Shown here in pieces: positions 47,862-56,825 of a stretch of 63,885 bases of DNA (the stretch's first letter is position 1; each line of letters begins with the position of its first letter). The notes beneath the pieces are model-generated. The model was given only the letters and a program-made list of their open reading frames with translations, did not search any database and was not told the origin of the DNA. Origin of the DNA: an uncultured virus (IMG/VR IMGVR_UViG_3300027704_000010) (taxonomy: Duplodnaviria; Heunggongvirae; Uroviricota; Caudoviricetes); the IMG/VR virus record IMGVR_UViG_3300027704_000010; one strand, written 5' to 3'. The translations under genes and the position numbers were made by a program.

Positions 47862-49958
47862 ATGAAATTTTTATATAGTGGTTATGCAGTATTGATATCT
47901 ATTGTGTTGCTACTTGCATTGCGAGTAGCAGATCCAACGGCACTACAGAGTGTTAGAGGGCAAACATTTGATGCATATCAACAGTTAGATGAAATTAAGC
48001 AAAGCCAGGATGTTGTACTATTAAACATCGGGGAAAAAAGTTTAGCAGTTAATGGTCAATACCCTTGGCCCAGACAATACTATGCACAACTGGTGATAGA
48101 TGTTGCAGGAGCCGGAGGCGGTGTGCTAGGCTGGACTATTATGTTTCCTGAAGCAGATAGATTCGCCGGAGATGAAATATTTGCTAATTACTTGATGGAA
48201 AATAAAGTTAATGTGCAAGGAGCAAGACGTAATCCTATTAACTTTAATGTATTAAGTCAAGCAACTAGTACAAGAGGCATTAAAACATCAGGCCCACATA
48301 TAGGAACAGGCACAATCGGTCCTGTGCCAGCAAAAAATTATTTACTAAAGTGGCCCAACTTAGTTACAAACATTCCGCTACTAGAAGCAGTAGCAAACGG
48401 CAAAGGCGTAACAGCGTCAGCGCCACAGCCAGATAATCAAACACGAACATACCCATTAGCAATTACAGTTGGCGATAGACTGTATCCTAGTTTTGCTATT
48501 GAAATGCTAAGGGTAAGTAAAGGTCAAAAAAGTTATATAGTTAAAACTAGCGAATTAGGAATACAAGAAGTTACAGTTAAAGGATACGATCCAATTGTAA
48601 CACAGTCAGACGGCACAGCATACATTCGCTTTAATAATACATTCGAGGAAATTGAATACTTAGGAGCCGAAACTCTGACCCATCTTGCAGGCAAAATGGT
48701 TATAGTAGGTGTTACAGCAGAAGGTATTGCAAATCCTGTGCCTACACCAAGAGGCAACTTGTATCCACAGCAAATACACGCTCATATGCTACAAAACTTT
48801 ATAGATAGCAGTAACATTACCAGGAACGAGTTAAGTGCTGTGTACGAGCTTCTGTGTGCGTTACTGGGCATGATATTAATAGGTCTAGCAATATATAAAT
48901 CGCACATTTGGGTAGGTTTAGTGACCACAGTTACTATTATAGGCGGAATTGTATATTATAGTATATATTCTTATACTGCAAACTTAGTATTATTTGATGC
49001 TACTTTTCCAGCAATAGCAAGTTTCTTAATATTTACACAGGCAAGTTTTAATAACTTCTGGATACAATTTAAACTAAGAGCTGAGATACAAAAACAATTT
49101 GCCGGTTACGCCTCTCCTACAGTGGTTCGTATGTTGCAAGAAAACCCAGAACTAATTAAGCAGGGTATGAAGAAGGAAGTAAGTATATGCTTCTCAGATT
49201 TACGTGGATTTACCCCATTAGGCGAGAGCTTTGGCGATGATGTTAAAGGGTTAACAGAAATAATGAACGGGTATATGGATGCAATTACACAACCTATACT
49301 AGATGCAAACGGCATGGTGATTAAATATATCGGTGATGCCAGTATGCATATACATAATGCTCCAATGGATGATCCAGACCACCCTAAGAGTGCGGTGGAA
49401 ACAGGCATATTAATGCTCAGGGCAGTAGAGAAATTCAATGATAAAATTGTTAAAGAAGGCAGACCACCCATTGGTATGGGTGCTGGTATTAATACTGGGC
49501 TCGGTTATATTGGGGAAATGGGCTCCACTGCCAGGCACAGTTACGACATACTCGGAGATGCAGTTAGTACCGCGGCAAGAATAGAAAGCAAATGTAAAGA
49601 GTACGGATGTTTACTCCTTGTGGGCGGTGATACATATAAACATACTAAGAATAATTTCTTTTATTTAAAAGTAGATGACTTGCAAGTAAAAGGTAAAAGC
49701 GTTGGCATAGAAATATATACTGCATTAGATATTAAGCTAACTAAGTATGTTAAAGGCAAACAACTACATGCACAAATGCATGAACATTATCGCAATCAAG
49801 ATTTTGATAAAGCAATTAAATTATGTAAGCAATTATCTAAAACGTTTGACGGCAAAATGAAAGGCTACTATACTATGTGGATTGAACGCTGTGAATTTCA
49901 AAAGACACAAGACTTGCCTAAGGATTGGAACGGAATTATGATAGCCACAGGCAAATAA
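47862..49958 (+). CDS. CHASE2-domain class III adenylate cyclase
   Basis: GQYPWPR and D..FA CHASE2 motifs, three TM helices, FSDLRGFT, IKYIGDA, GINTG, YDILGDAVSTAARIES. Confidence 0.9.
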   Translation: MKFLYSGYAVLISIVLLLALRVADPTALQSVRGQTFDAYQQLDEIKQSQDVVLLNIGEKSLAVNGQYPWPRQYYAQLVIDVAGAGGGVLGWTIMFPEADRFAGDEIFANYLMENKVNVQGARRNPINFNVLSQATSTRGIKTSGPHIGTGTIGPVPAKNYLLKWPNLVTNIPLLEAVANGKGVTASAPQPDNQTRTYPLAITVGDRLYPSFAIEMLRVSKGQKSYIVKTSELGIQEVTVKGYDPIVTQSDGTAYIRFNNTFEEIEYLGAETLTHLAGKMVIVGVTAEGIANPVPTPRGNLYPQQIHAHMLQNFIDSSNITRNELSAVYELLCALLGMILIGLAIYKSHIWVGLVTTVTIIGGIVYYSIYSYTANLVLFDATFPAIASFLIFTQASFNNFWIQFKLRAEIQKQFAGYASPTVVRMLQENPELIKQGMKKEVSICFSDLRGFTPLGESFGDDVKGLTEIMNGYMDAITQPILDANGMVIKYIGDASMHIHNAPMDDPDHPKSAVETGILMLRAVEKFNDKIVKEGRPPIGMGAGINTGLGYIGEMGSTARHSYDILGDAVSTAARIESKCKEYGCLLLVGGDTYKHTKNNFFYLKVDDLQVKGKSVGIEIYTALDIKLTKYVKGKQLHAQMHEHYRNQDFDKAIKLCKQLSKTFDGKMKGYYTMWIERCEFQKTQDLPKDWNGIMIATGK

Positions 49959-50585
49959 TTATTCGTCCGGAGTCCAGTTTCTAAATTCCGTAAATAATTT
50001 TGCATACTCAAGTAAGTCTGTGCGTAACGTTTGCAAATGTTTTAATTCAAACGGAATATTTAATCCGGCAGTAATATAAGCAGGATGATAAAAATTTAAA
50101 ATTATATCTACACGTTCTCTGTCTTTAATTATATCTTGTATTACTCTATGATAAAAGTTTGGATCTGTTATTAAATCAGACAGCCATTGGTGATGACTAC
50201 TTGAAGCATTACCCACATACGCCATTTCTCGAACATCAAATGTTAACGCTCTTATAGGATTGATGTTATGTCGATACTTATTCATCACCGGTGGATAGTA
50301 CCATCGTTGATCTCGAGTAGTCTGAGTAGATAGAAACGCTTTATACTCGTTTACTAAACTTTTATACAAACCTTCACTACTAGATTGAACAGATACTTTA
50401 TACTGCTCGATTAAGTTATCAGCTATATTTTGGTGATAACTCTCTAACTCATCGTAAATCTTTAGTAAATGGGGTATTGTCCACGTACCGTTAAAAAACG
50501 ATGTAGGTATAGATTTGTGTTTGTGGTATTTGTTCAGCTCGGTGGTCAGTCTAACTACATCAAAATTTATAATATCTTTTGACAT
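49959..50585 (-). CDS. hypothetical protein
   Basis: Open frame; probable ATG at 50585 preceded by a GATAAGTA box. Confidence 0.6.
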   Translation of the reverse strand: MSKDIINFDVVRLTTELNKYHKHKSIPTSFFNGTWTIPHLLKIYDELESYHQNIADNLIEQYKVSVQSSSEGLYKSLVNEYKAFLSTQTTRDQRWYYPPVMNKYRHNINPIRALTFDVREMAYVGNASSSHHQWLSDLITDPNFYHRVIQDIIKDRERVDIILNFYHPAYITAGLNIPFELKHLQTLRTDLLEYAKLFTEFRNWTPDE

Positions 50586-50596
50586 ACTAGTACTTA

Positions 50597-51088
50597 TCAC
50601 ATATTGATTTTTAGGATGGTATGTAGTTTATCTGTGCCTTTATTTCTGCCAAGTGTAGACCTTGCACCGTCATGTAACGGCTTGGGCCACTTGCCGATAT
50701 CAACCCAGGCATACCCGGCACTTTCATCGTTTAACGTAGGAATAAACTCACTCGGCACAACAGCAACGAAACTGTAATACATAAAGTTTTTGTTTCTACT
50801 TTGATAAACATCTATAGGATTTAATTTTTGTAGTTCTGGAACGAACCCAATTTCTTCTTCTAATTCACGTTGTATACATTCAAATGGAGTCTCACCATTA
50901 TCAATCATGCCACCCCAAAAACCCCAAGTATTCTTATGACGCTTATCACTATTCCTTAATTGGAATAAGCATCGTCCAGTGTCTTTAGCAAGAAACAAAA
51001 CTCCTGCTCCAGCAATCCCTTCGAATGTTTTTACAGGTTCAGTTTCCAATATCCTGGGTTGTACTGACCTTCGTGTGTGCTTGTCCAT
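50597..51088 (-). CDS. NUDIX hydrolase
   Basis: GG...GE...CIQRELEEEIG Nudix box; start uncertain. Confidence 0.88.
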   Translation of the reverse strand: MDKHTRRSVQPRILETEPVKTFEGIAGAGVLFLAKDTGRCLFQLRNSDKRHKNTWGFWGGMIDNGETPFECIQRELEEEIGFVPELQKLNPIDVYQSRNKNFMYYSFVAVVPSEFIPTLNDESAGYAWVDIGKWPKPLHDGARSTLGRNKGTDKLHTILKINM

Positions 51089-52467
51089 GAGGCGTTCTCG
51101 TATTTGTATTGTTTGTTTGTGTATAAGTTTTTAACGTATTGTACTGTAGTTTGAGCACTAGCATCAAGCGATACAATCCATTTAGCACCATCGTATTCTA
51201 TAATATCGTGAACATCTGCATTAAAGATGCCCCAGTTGTCTCCAACAATTTCATTAGTAAGCAAGTATCGTTGTCCAGTTGCAACTGCAACTAGTGTGCC
51301 GTCTCCTGGATAATTATTAAGCGGATTAACAATTCTTGTTACATCAGTTTGTGTTGTACTAGGCAATGTATCACTGTCTAATGTGAACACTAACTTAGCA
51401 GTATCTGTCACTGACCTGACAATAGTTCCTGTGATTAACGAGGCACTTTCAAGGTCATTATTGATATTTAATTGTAGTGTACTTCCAGCCGTTAACGGAA
51501 TATCTGCAAGGTTTACAGCATTCGAGCCAGCAGATCCACTGCTAGTTTGAGGTGCTAACACTTCTAATAAGTCATTCCAATTTGCTTTCACGGTAGTTCC
51601 GTCATCGTAAACACTTTGAGCTGGAGTACCAGTTGGAGCACTTTTAAATAGTGTTGCTTCAGCACCATCTATACTTACCCAATAGTTATTTGGTGTAATA
51701 GTTTGAATTTCCATATCACCGTCTATGGTTCTAAAGAAGTCGTAAATATCTGAATCGTACCCTAAGTCGCCTGTGCTATCTGTCTTGTACACATTAGCAG
51801 TAATAGAGTTAATAATTTTTTGACGTTTAACTGCCGCCGGCGGACTTAGCCATATAGGCATAACAAATGTCAGCGTAGCAACATCGAGCGTTTCATCGAC
51901 ACCAGCTGGAATACTTCTATTACTCCACTGTATATCAGTTAATTCAACTTCGAATATATTAGCCCAATCCAACGGATTTGAGTTTTGTTGTAACTGCAAA
52001 CTTGGATTGAATAATATTAAAATTTGTTCTAACAACTGTAGTTTCTGGTCAGTATTACTACTCCAAATATCTACTTGCATTGTTAAGTTGTAAGGTACAG
52101 GCATTATTCTGTCTGTACTATATAAGTTTCCTTTTCCAGTGCCGTACGTTGAAGTATTAGTATCGTATGCCCTTTCAGCCACTTGCACTTTGGAAACTAG
52201 TGTTGGATCTTGTGTCCTGTCTCTAGCAATTAATAAACTTTGTATACTACATGCAATAAATGGAGTGCTGTTAATCATGTTCTCGCCACCCTTAGTAAGG
52301 ATGTGAGCAACCATTCGGCTCATGTCTGAATATCTAACAGGAGCTTTGTTATAATATGTAACACCGCCACGTTTACCTTCGGAAACTTTAAATTCACCAA
52401 AGATCCGCATGAACTGTAGTAAGTATCTTCTTACCTGTGCGTCATAAAAATAATCCATATTTGCCAT
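51031..52467 (-). CDS. tail terminator/sheath stabiliser (T4 gp15-like)
   Basis: YFYDAQVRRY..QFMRIF, MPVPYNLTMQVDIW, QLLEQILILFNP. Confidence 0.82.
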   Translation of the reverse strand: MANMDYFYDAQVRRYLLQFMRIFGEFKVSEGKRGGVTYYNKAPVRYSDMSRMVAHILTKGGENMINSTPFIACSIQSLLIARDRTQDPTLVSKVQVAERAYDTNTSTYGTGKGNLYSTDRIMPVPYNLTMQVDIWSSNTDQKLQLLEQILILFNPSLQLQQNSNPLDWANIFEVELTDIQWSNRSIPAGVDETLDVATLTFVMPIWLSPPAAVKRQKIINSITANVYKTDSTGDLGYDSDIYDFFRTIDGDMEIQTITPNNYWVSIDGAEATLFKSAPTGTPAQSVYDDGTTVKANWNDLLEVLAPQTSSGSAGSNAVNLADIPLTAGSTLQLNINNDLESASLITGTIVRSVTDTAKLVFTLDSDTLPSTTQTDVTRIVNPLNNYPGDGTLVAVATGQRYLLTNEIVGDNWGIFNADVHDIIEYDGAKWIVSLDASAQTTVQYVKNLYTNKQYKYENASWTSTHEGQYNPGYWKLNL

Positions 52468-52468
52468 A

Positions 52469-53491
52469 CTAGTCTGCCTTCGGTTTCACTATTTTACTGA
52501 GATTAGTTTTAACTGAATCAGTTGTACCATCAGTATTAATTCTTTGGTCATCATTGTTAACAAACGAAGTAAGTATCTTGTTAGCCGCCGACCATGCCTG
52601 TGTCTTATCATCACTAACCCTACGCCAAACACTCAAGTTCTTTAAGAATAATCTGTGCGGTGAAAAGTCTGTTCTTAGGAAGTAATCGCCTTCGTTTGCA
52701 TCTGCCGGGAATGTTGCGCCACTGCCAACTATAACTGCTCCGTTTGGAGGAGTGCCATCGACATTAGGAAGATAAATTCCAGGTGCGTCACCTTCTACAT
52801 ACAAATGACCACCAGCTACATAGTCTGCATCATACGGTGTTTCAGCCGCCGCCAATGCTTGAACTTTATCTGATATAGCAATTTCTGTGCTGTAAGTACT
52901 TAATATATTTCGTAAATCGTCAGCACTTTCACCAGTGCCAAGTATATCTCTGTACTCTGGACTGTCTGTTATGTTAGTTAGTTTCACTCTCCACAAGTGG
53001 GGCCACCATCTTGCATCGTAGCCTTCTGCTGGTCTGCCTGCATCACTAACAACAAAATATCTATTAACGGCTTCACCGCCACCAAGTAATAAGTCATCTC
53101 GTAAATGAGGTAGCTCAACAACATCACCTGCCATTAAACGTCTGCCTAATAAACTAGCTAAGGTATTCATATGGAAAGTCATAAACAATGAGTCATTGTT
53201 AACAAACAGTCCAAACTGTGTTAAGTCAAACTCTGGATCACCGGGAGTATAACTGCCACGTAATTCGTAGATATCAGTATCATACTTCCTGTCTCTGTTT
53301 TCTAAAAACAGTACATCTTGTATATACAAGTCTCCTGTTCCGGTACTTGCAGTGGTGTCATCAGTGTATGTTCCTATGTATTTGTGTACATAGACTCCTG
53401 TTCCACCCGCGTTGATATTCTCGGCAATAATTCTATCTTGAAAATCATAGTCGTTTGTTTTGTTCTTGTTCCATAAACTTAATCTAGGCAT
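52469..53491 (-). CDS. neck protein (gp14-like)
   Basis: FLENRDRKYD, LTQFGLF, GDVVELPH; start MPRLSLW at 53491 with GATAAATA at 53497-53504. Confidence 0.7.
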   Translation of the reverse strand: MPRLSLWNKNKTNDYDFQDRIIAENINAGGTGVYVHKYIGTYTDDTTASTGTGDLYIQDVLFLENRDRKYDTDIYELRGSYTPGDPEFDLTQFGLFVNNDSLFMTFHMNTLASLLGRRLMAGDVVELPHLRDDLLLGGGEAVNRYFVVSDAGRPAEGYDARWWPHLWRVKLTNITDSPEYRDILGTGESADDLRNILSTYSTEIAISDKVQALAAAETPYDADYVAGGHLYVEGDAPGIYLPNVDGTPPNGAVIVGSGATFPADANEGDYFLRTDFSPHRLFLKNLSVWRRVSDDKTQAWSAANKILTSFVNNDDQRINTDGTTDSVKTNLSKIVKPKAD

Positions 53492-53518
53492 AGCAGTATT
53501 TATCACTTTCTAAAGTTC

Positions 53519-53547
53519 TTGACACAAGACGTGATAACTACTATAAT
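53519..53547 (+). promoter_or_regulatory. sigma70 promoter of tRNA-Ser
   Basis: TTGACA-17 nt-TATAAT. Confidence 0.8.
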
Positions 53548-53557
53548 GTCTACATAC

Positions 53558-53647
53558 GGAGAGTTGGCTGAGTGGTCGAAAGCGCCTCCCTGCTAAGGAG
53601 GTATATGGGTAACTGTATCGAGGGTTCGAATCCCTCACTCTCCGCCA
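53558..53647 (+). tRNA. tRNA-Ser(GCT)
   Basis: GGAGAGT/ACTCTCC acceptor, CCTCC-CTGCTAA-GGAGG anticodon arm, long variable arm, GTTCGAATC, encoded CCA. Confidence 0.95.
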
Positions 53648-53652
53648 CTTAC

Positions 53653-54126
53653 TTAACTAGCTGATGTAATTAAACTAGCCATAAAGCCTATTATACCACC
53701 ACATGCTGTTATGCCCACAGCAATAGCACCCATATCAAACCAGAACCTTCTAGACTCTGCCTTGAGCGTTGCCGCCCGCATTCTAGCTTGTTGGATTGCT
53801 CTGCGTTCTTTCATCATATCTTCATAGAACCCAGCTTGTCCTGAATATATTAAAAACTCTCTGAGTTCCTTCTCAAGATTTGCCATTTTATGTTTGGCGG
53901 CTGTTATTTCTAGTGCCTGTGCTTCTACACTACTGCCACTGAATAACTTTTTAATCATTGGTTGATTTTGACCGTATTGGCTAGCACCTATTATCTGATC
54001 CTTAGCATCAAAGAACTTACCAAAATATCCAGCAACATCTTCTATTTCTCGACCCGCCGCGACTGCTCGTTGAATGCCCTTGAAGGCGGCATTTGCCAGG
54101 CTAATTGCCCCTGCTATCTCTATCAT
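53653..54126 (-). CDS. hypothetical protein with C-terminal TM helix
   Basis: 157 aa; AGGAG RBS; GATAAGTA box at ~54161. Confidence 0.7.
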   Translation of the reverse strand: MIEIAGAISLANAAFKGIQRAVAAGREIEDVAGYFGKFFDAKDQIIGASQYGQNQPMIKKLFSGSSVEAQALEITAAKHKMANLEKELREFLIYSGQAGFYEDMMKERRAIQQARMRAATLKAESRRFWFDMGAIAVGITACGGIIGFMASLITSAS

Positions 54127-54195
54127 GTGCGTCTCCTACGACCCGTATGACCTACAATAGTACTTATCTAAACCACAAATACCGGTAAAAAACGG

Positions 54196-54223
54196 TTGAC
54201 TTACCAGCAAAATACTGTATAAT
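54196..54223 (+). promoter_or_regulatory. sigma70 early promoter
   Basis: TTGACT-16 nt-TATAAT. Confidence 0.65.
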
Positions 54224-54257
54224 AGTATACATATTAACGCAAAGAGGCAGTAGTTAC

Positions 54258-54536
54258 ATGGCATATTACACTCATACAGCAGATCCAATAGGCGTTTTCA
54301 CTGAAAAAGAATACGGAAATTACTTTGAATTTAGTAATAATCCAGATAATTTTGCATTTTGCGAAGACCACCCACATGTTGTATGGGTAGGATCTCATGG
54401 AGTTGGGGGAGATAGCGGACGCCGTTATGCTACTGTTAAGAAGACAGTTGCTTATGTGGTAGTTGGTGAAGACGAGTTTGGACTTCCTGTTGTTGAGAAG
54501 TGGAATATCAAACAGCGTAAAGATTATTTCGTATAA
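54258..54536 (+). CDS. hypothetical early protein
   Basis: GAGG RBS, 92 aa. Confidence 0.65.
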   Translation: MAYYTHTADPIGVFTEKEYGNYFEFSNNPDNFAFCEDHPHVVWVGSHGVGGDSGRRYATVKKTVAYVVVGEDEFGLPVVEKWNIKQRKDYFV

Positions 54537-54539
54537 CAG

Positions 54540-54706
54540 ACAAGCACATTAACTCTGTGCTAGTAGTAAGTTGTTCCTTCTATGATAGAACTTAGGGTAG
54601 TTCCTAAGAATTGGAACACGATGACAGTAGTCCGTACACTTGGGTACGATAGTTTGAAGCGGTGGAGAACTGAAGATCTCGGTTCCGGGAAGCTGTTAAA
54701 ACACCA
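54540..54706 (+). ncRNA. candidate structured RNA upstream of tRNA-Trp
   Basis: Five hairpins, including a multibranch closed by TGTTCC/GGAACA. Confidence 0.45.
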
Positions 54707-54718
54707 ATACTTATTTAT

Positions 54719-54793
54719 GAGTTAGTGGTCTAATGGTAAGATGCAGGTCTCCAAAACCTTGCGATTGGGGTTCGAATCCTTACTAGCTCGCCA
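54719..54793 (+). tRNA. tRNA-Trp(CCA)
   Basis: GAGTTAG/CTAGCTC acceptor, CTCCAAA loop, GGTTCGAATCC, encoded CCA. Confidence 0.9.
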
Positions 54794-54814
54794 AATTGAA
54801 ATAGGATAGATGTA

Positions 54815-55210
54815 ATGACAGATACAGATTATCGTATGATACGCAATGCAATGAGAACCCCAGACGGCACATTATTGCAAAGCCGACACCGGCATGATTA
54901 TGTTACTCACAAGGATAAGAACGGCAACGAGTACATGGTTGATGGTGGATTAAGTTATATTCGTTCCAGTGCCAACGGTGACGAAGAATTGTTGACCGTT
55001 ACACTTGCAGATTCTCATGAACAGGTTAGAGAGTCATGTGATTGGGGAACATATGGCATTGCCGGCGATCAACCGCTGTCATATATTACTTTGTGTGACA
55101 TGACCACTGACCACATTGAAGCCGTCATTAAGAATGTGCCGTCAATCAATCCAGCAATTAAAATTGCTATGCAGAACGAGTTGGAGTATCGCAATGACAA
55201 TGCCAAATGA
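54815..55210 (+). CDS. hypothetical phage protein
   Basis: QSRHRHDYV..MVDGGLSYIR motif common in phage ORFs. Confidence 0.7.
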   Translation: MTDTDYRMIRNAMRTPDGTLLQSRHRHDYVTHKDKNGNEYMVDGGLSYIRSSANGDEELLTVTLADSHEQVRESCDWGTYGIAGDQPLSYITLCDMTTDHIEAVIKNVPSINPAIKIAMQNELEYRNDNAK

Positions 55211-55403
55211 AAGGTGTAATGCTGTAAATAACACAAGGCAGTTCCTTGTAGACTTAATGGATCCCAAGAAAACTCCACGAGTACCGAGTGCTGTACGAAA
55301 AGAAGCATATCGTTGCCTAAAGCATTACCCTGGTGAATATCATATGGAAGAGGCGGAAAAACAAGCACCTAAAATATTTGGGGATTGGAATAGTGGATTA
55401 TAA
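55194..55403 (+). CDS. small conserved protein (BPSL0761-like)
   Basis: MTMPNER..AV..TRQFL..TPRVP..LKHYP. Confidence 0.6.
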   Translation: MTMPNERCNAVNNTRQFLVDLMDPKKTPRVPSAVRKEAYRCLKHYPGEYHMEEAEKQAPKIFGDWNSGL

Positions 55404-55719
55404 TCCCGACAACTGGGTAATATTAAAGATCAAAGAAGGCAAAGGTACATTCCCCTTCTACAAAGTTCTAGCAGGATGGAGTGGTGGTTACTTAGATGGT
55501 GACAGTTGGCGAATGAACAGTGGTATTACTCTTGTGTTTGATCGTGAAGATGAAATTCATTTTCATGGTGAAAGCGGATCACTCTACAGATGCCACAAAG
55601 AAGGTTATGGTTTGCGTATGAATAACGCAGGTGTCTATAACCAGTTAAGAGAACGACAGCAATTCAAAGGGCAAGTACAGTTGATGCCCGAAGATACTGA
55701 TTGGAGTAAACTAGTATGA
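55393..55719 (+). CDS. hypothetical phage protein
   Basis: YNPDNWV..YKVLAGWSGGYLDGDSWRMNSGI; GTG start at 55393. Confidence 0.7.
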   Translation: MDYNPDNWVILKIKEGKGTFPFYKVLAGWSGGYLDGDSWRMNSGITLVFDREDEIHFHGESGSLYRCHKEGYGLRMNNAGVYNQLRERQQFKGQVQLMPEDTDWSKLV

Positions 55720-55799
55720 ATGGATTTAGAAGGTTACAAGAGCGTCTAACTGCTGAAGGTTGGTATGTTGGTTGTGGAGAATCATTTTACGTTGACTAG
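55716..55799 (+). pseudogene. 27-codon coupled ORF, possibly truncated at a junction
   Basis: ATGA overlap, MNGFRRLQERLTAEGWYVG then a short tail into the iscU RBS. Confidence 0.3.
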
Positions 55800-55808
55800 G
55801 AGAGCCGT

Positions 55809-56186
55809 ATGGCCTATAGCAAAGAAGTACTTGATCATTATGAGAATCCTAGAAATGTCGGCACAATGGATCCAAACGACCCAACTGTAGGCACTGGCAT
55901 GGTAGGAGCACCAGCATGTGGTGATGTTATGAGACTACAGATAAAGGTAGAGAATGATATAATCACTGATGCGAAGTTCAAGACTTACGGCTGTGGAAGT
56001 GCTATTGCATCTTCTAGTCTTCTTACTGAATGGGTCAAAGGCATGAATCTTACTGATGCGAACTTAGTAAAGAATACTGAACTAGCCGAAGAACTTGCTT
56101 TACCACCAGTTAAGATACATTGTAGTGTGTTAGCTGAAGATGCCATTAAGTCTGCGATTAAAGATTACAAGGACAAGGGTTTATAG
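55809..56186 (+). CDS. iscU: Fe-S cluster scaffold protein IscU
   Basis: DHYENPRNVG, APACGDVM, FKTYGCGSA, LPPVKIHC. Confidence 0.95.
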   Translation: MAYSKEVLDHYENPRNVGTMDPNDPTVGTGMVGAPACGDVMRLQIKVENDIITDAKFKTYGCGSAIASSSLLTEWVKGMNLTDANLVKNTELAEELALPPVKIHCSVLAEDAIKSAIKDYKDKGL

Positions 56187-56189
56187 ACG

Positions 56190-56223
56190 AAAAAAAAGAC
56201 AATCTGTGAAGACTGTCTTTTTT
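56190..56223. terminator. terminator (pairs best on the minus strand)
   Basis: Minus strand: GACAGTC-TTCACA-GATTGTC-TTTTTTTT. Confidence 0.7.
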
Positions 56224-56355
56224 AAATAGTTTGCGTGACTGGTAGGAACCCCACCTGCATACTTGATGCTACACCAGTTATTCCTTCTGTGAGTTGTTTA
56301 TAAACGATCACACTTGCCTCTTGTCTAATTAAAAACATTAACACGCACCCATACT
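56224..56355 (-). ncRNA. candidate late-expressed small RNA
   Basis: TATAAATA (56365-56358) upstream, terminator downstream, ends paired TGCGTG/CACGCA, no convincing ORF. Confidence 0.5.
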
Positions 56356-56390
56356 GCTATTTATACAATTAAAAAACCCGAAAGTGACAT

Positions 56391-56825
56391 ATGTTATATT
56401 CTACCTATAGGAAACCGAGAAAATTAACAAAAAAGATACTAGATGACACTCTAGCTTTTGCTGAGGCGTACCTAGATTTACCATACTCCACATACCTCAG
56501 CATAGACTTTCTAGTTCAAGAGCATGATCAGCACTTTGGATTCTGTATGGATATGGATAAGAAAGAGTTAGAATTCTCTATAGAGATAAATAGGAACACC
56601 AGCACAGAGCAGATGCAAGCAACACTGTTTCATGAGTTAGTCCATGTTAAACAATACATCGACGGAAGACTTGTGTCGGGTGAAGGAAGAAGTCCTTCTA
56701 CGTGGTTCGGTATACCAATTGATGACGAATATGATAAATTGCCATGGGAGATCGAAGCATTCGCCTTAGAGAAAGAAATGTTAAAGGAGTTTATGTTTGG
56801 AGGTAGAATACCTAATGGACATTGA
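56391..56825 (+). CDS. zincin-type metallopeptidase-like protein
   Basis: HELVHVKQY and PWEIEA. Confidence 0.75.
   Translation: MLYSTYRKPRKLTKKILDDTLAFAEAYLDLPYSTYLSIDFLVQEHDQHFGFCMDMDKKELEFSIEINRNTSTEQMQATLFHELVHVKQYIDGRLVSGEGRSPSTWFGIPIDDEYDKLPWEIEAFALEKEMLKEFMFGGRIPNGH

Noticed and set aside
54719..54793. Suppressor tRNA or alternative genetic code
   Set aside because: Anticodons are standard (CCA, GCT) and core genes are intact under code 11 using all three stop codons
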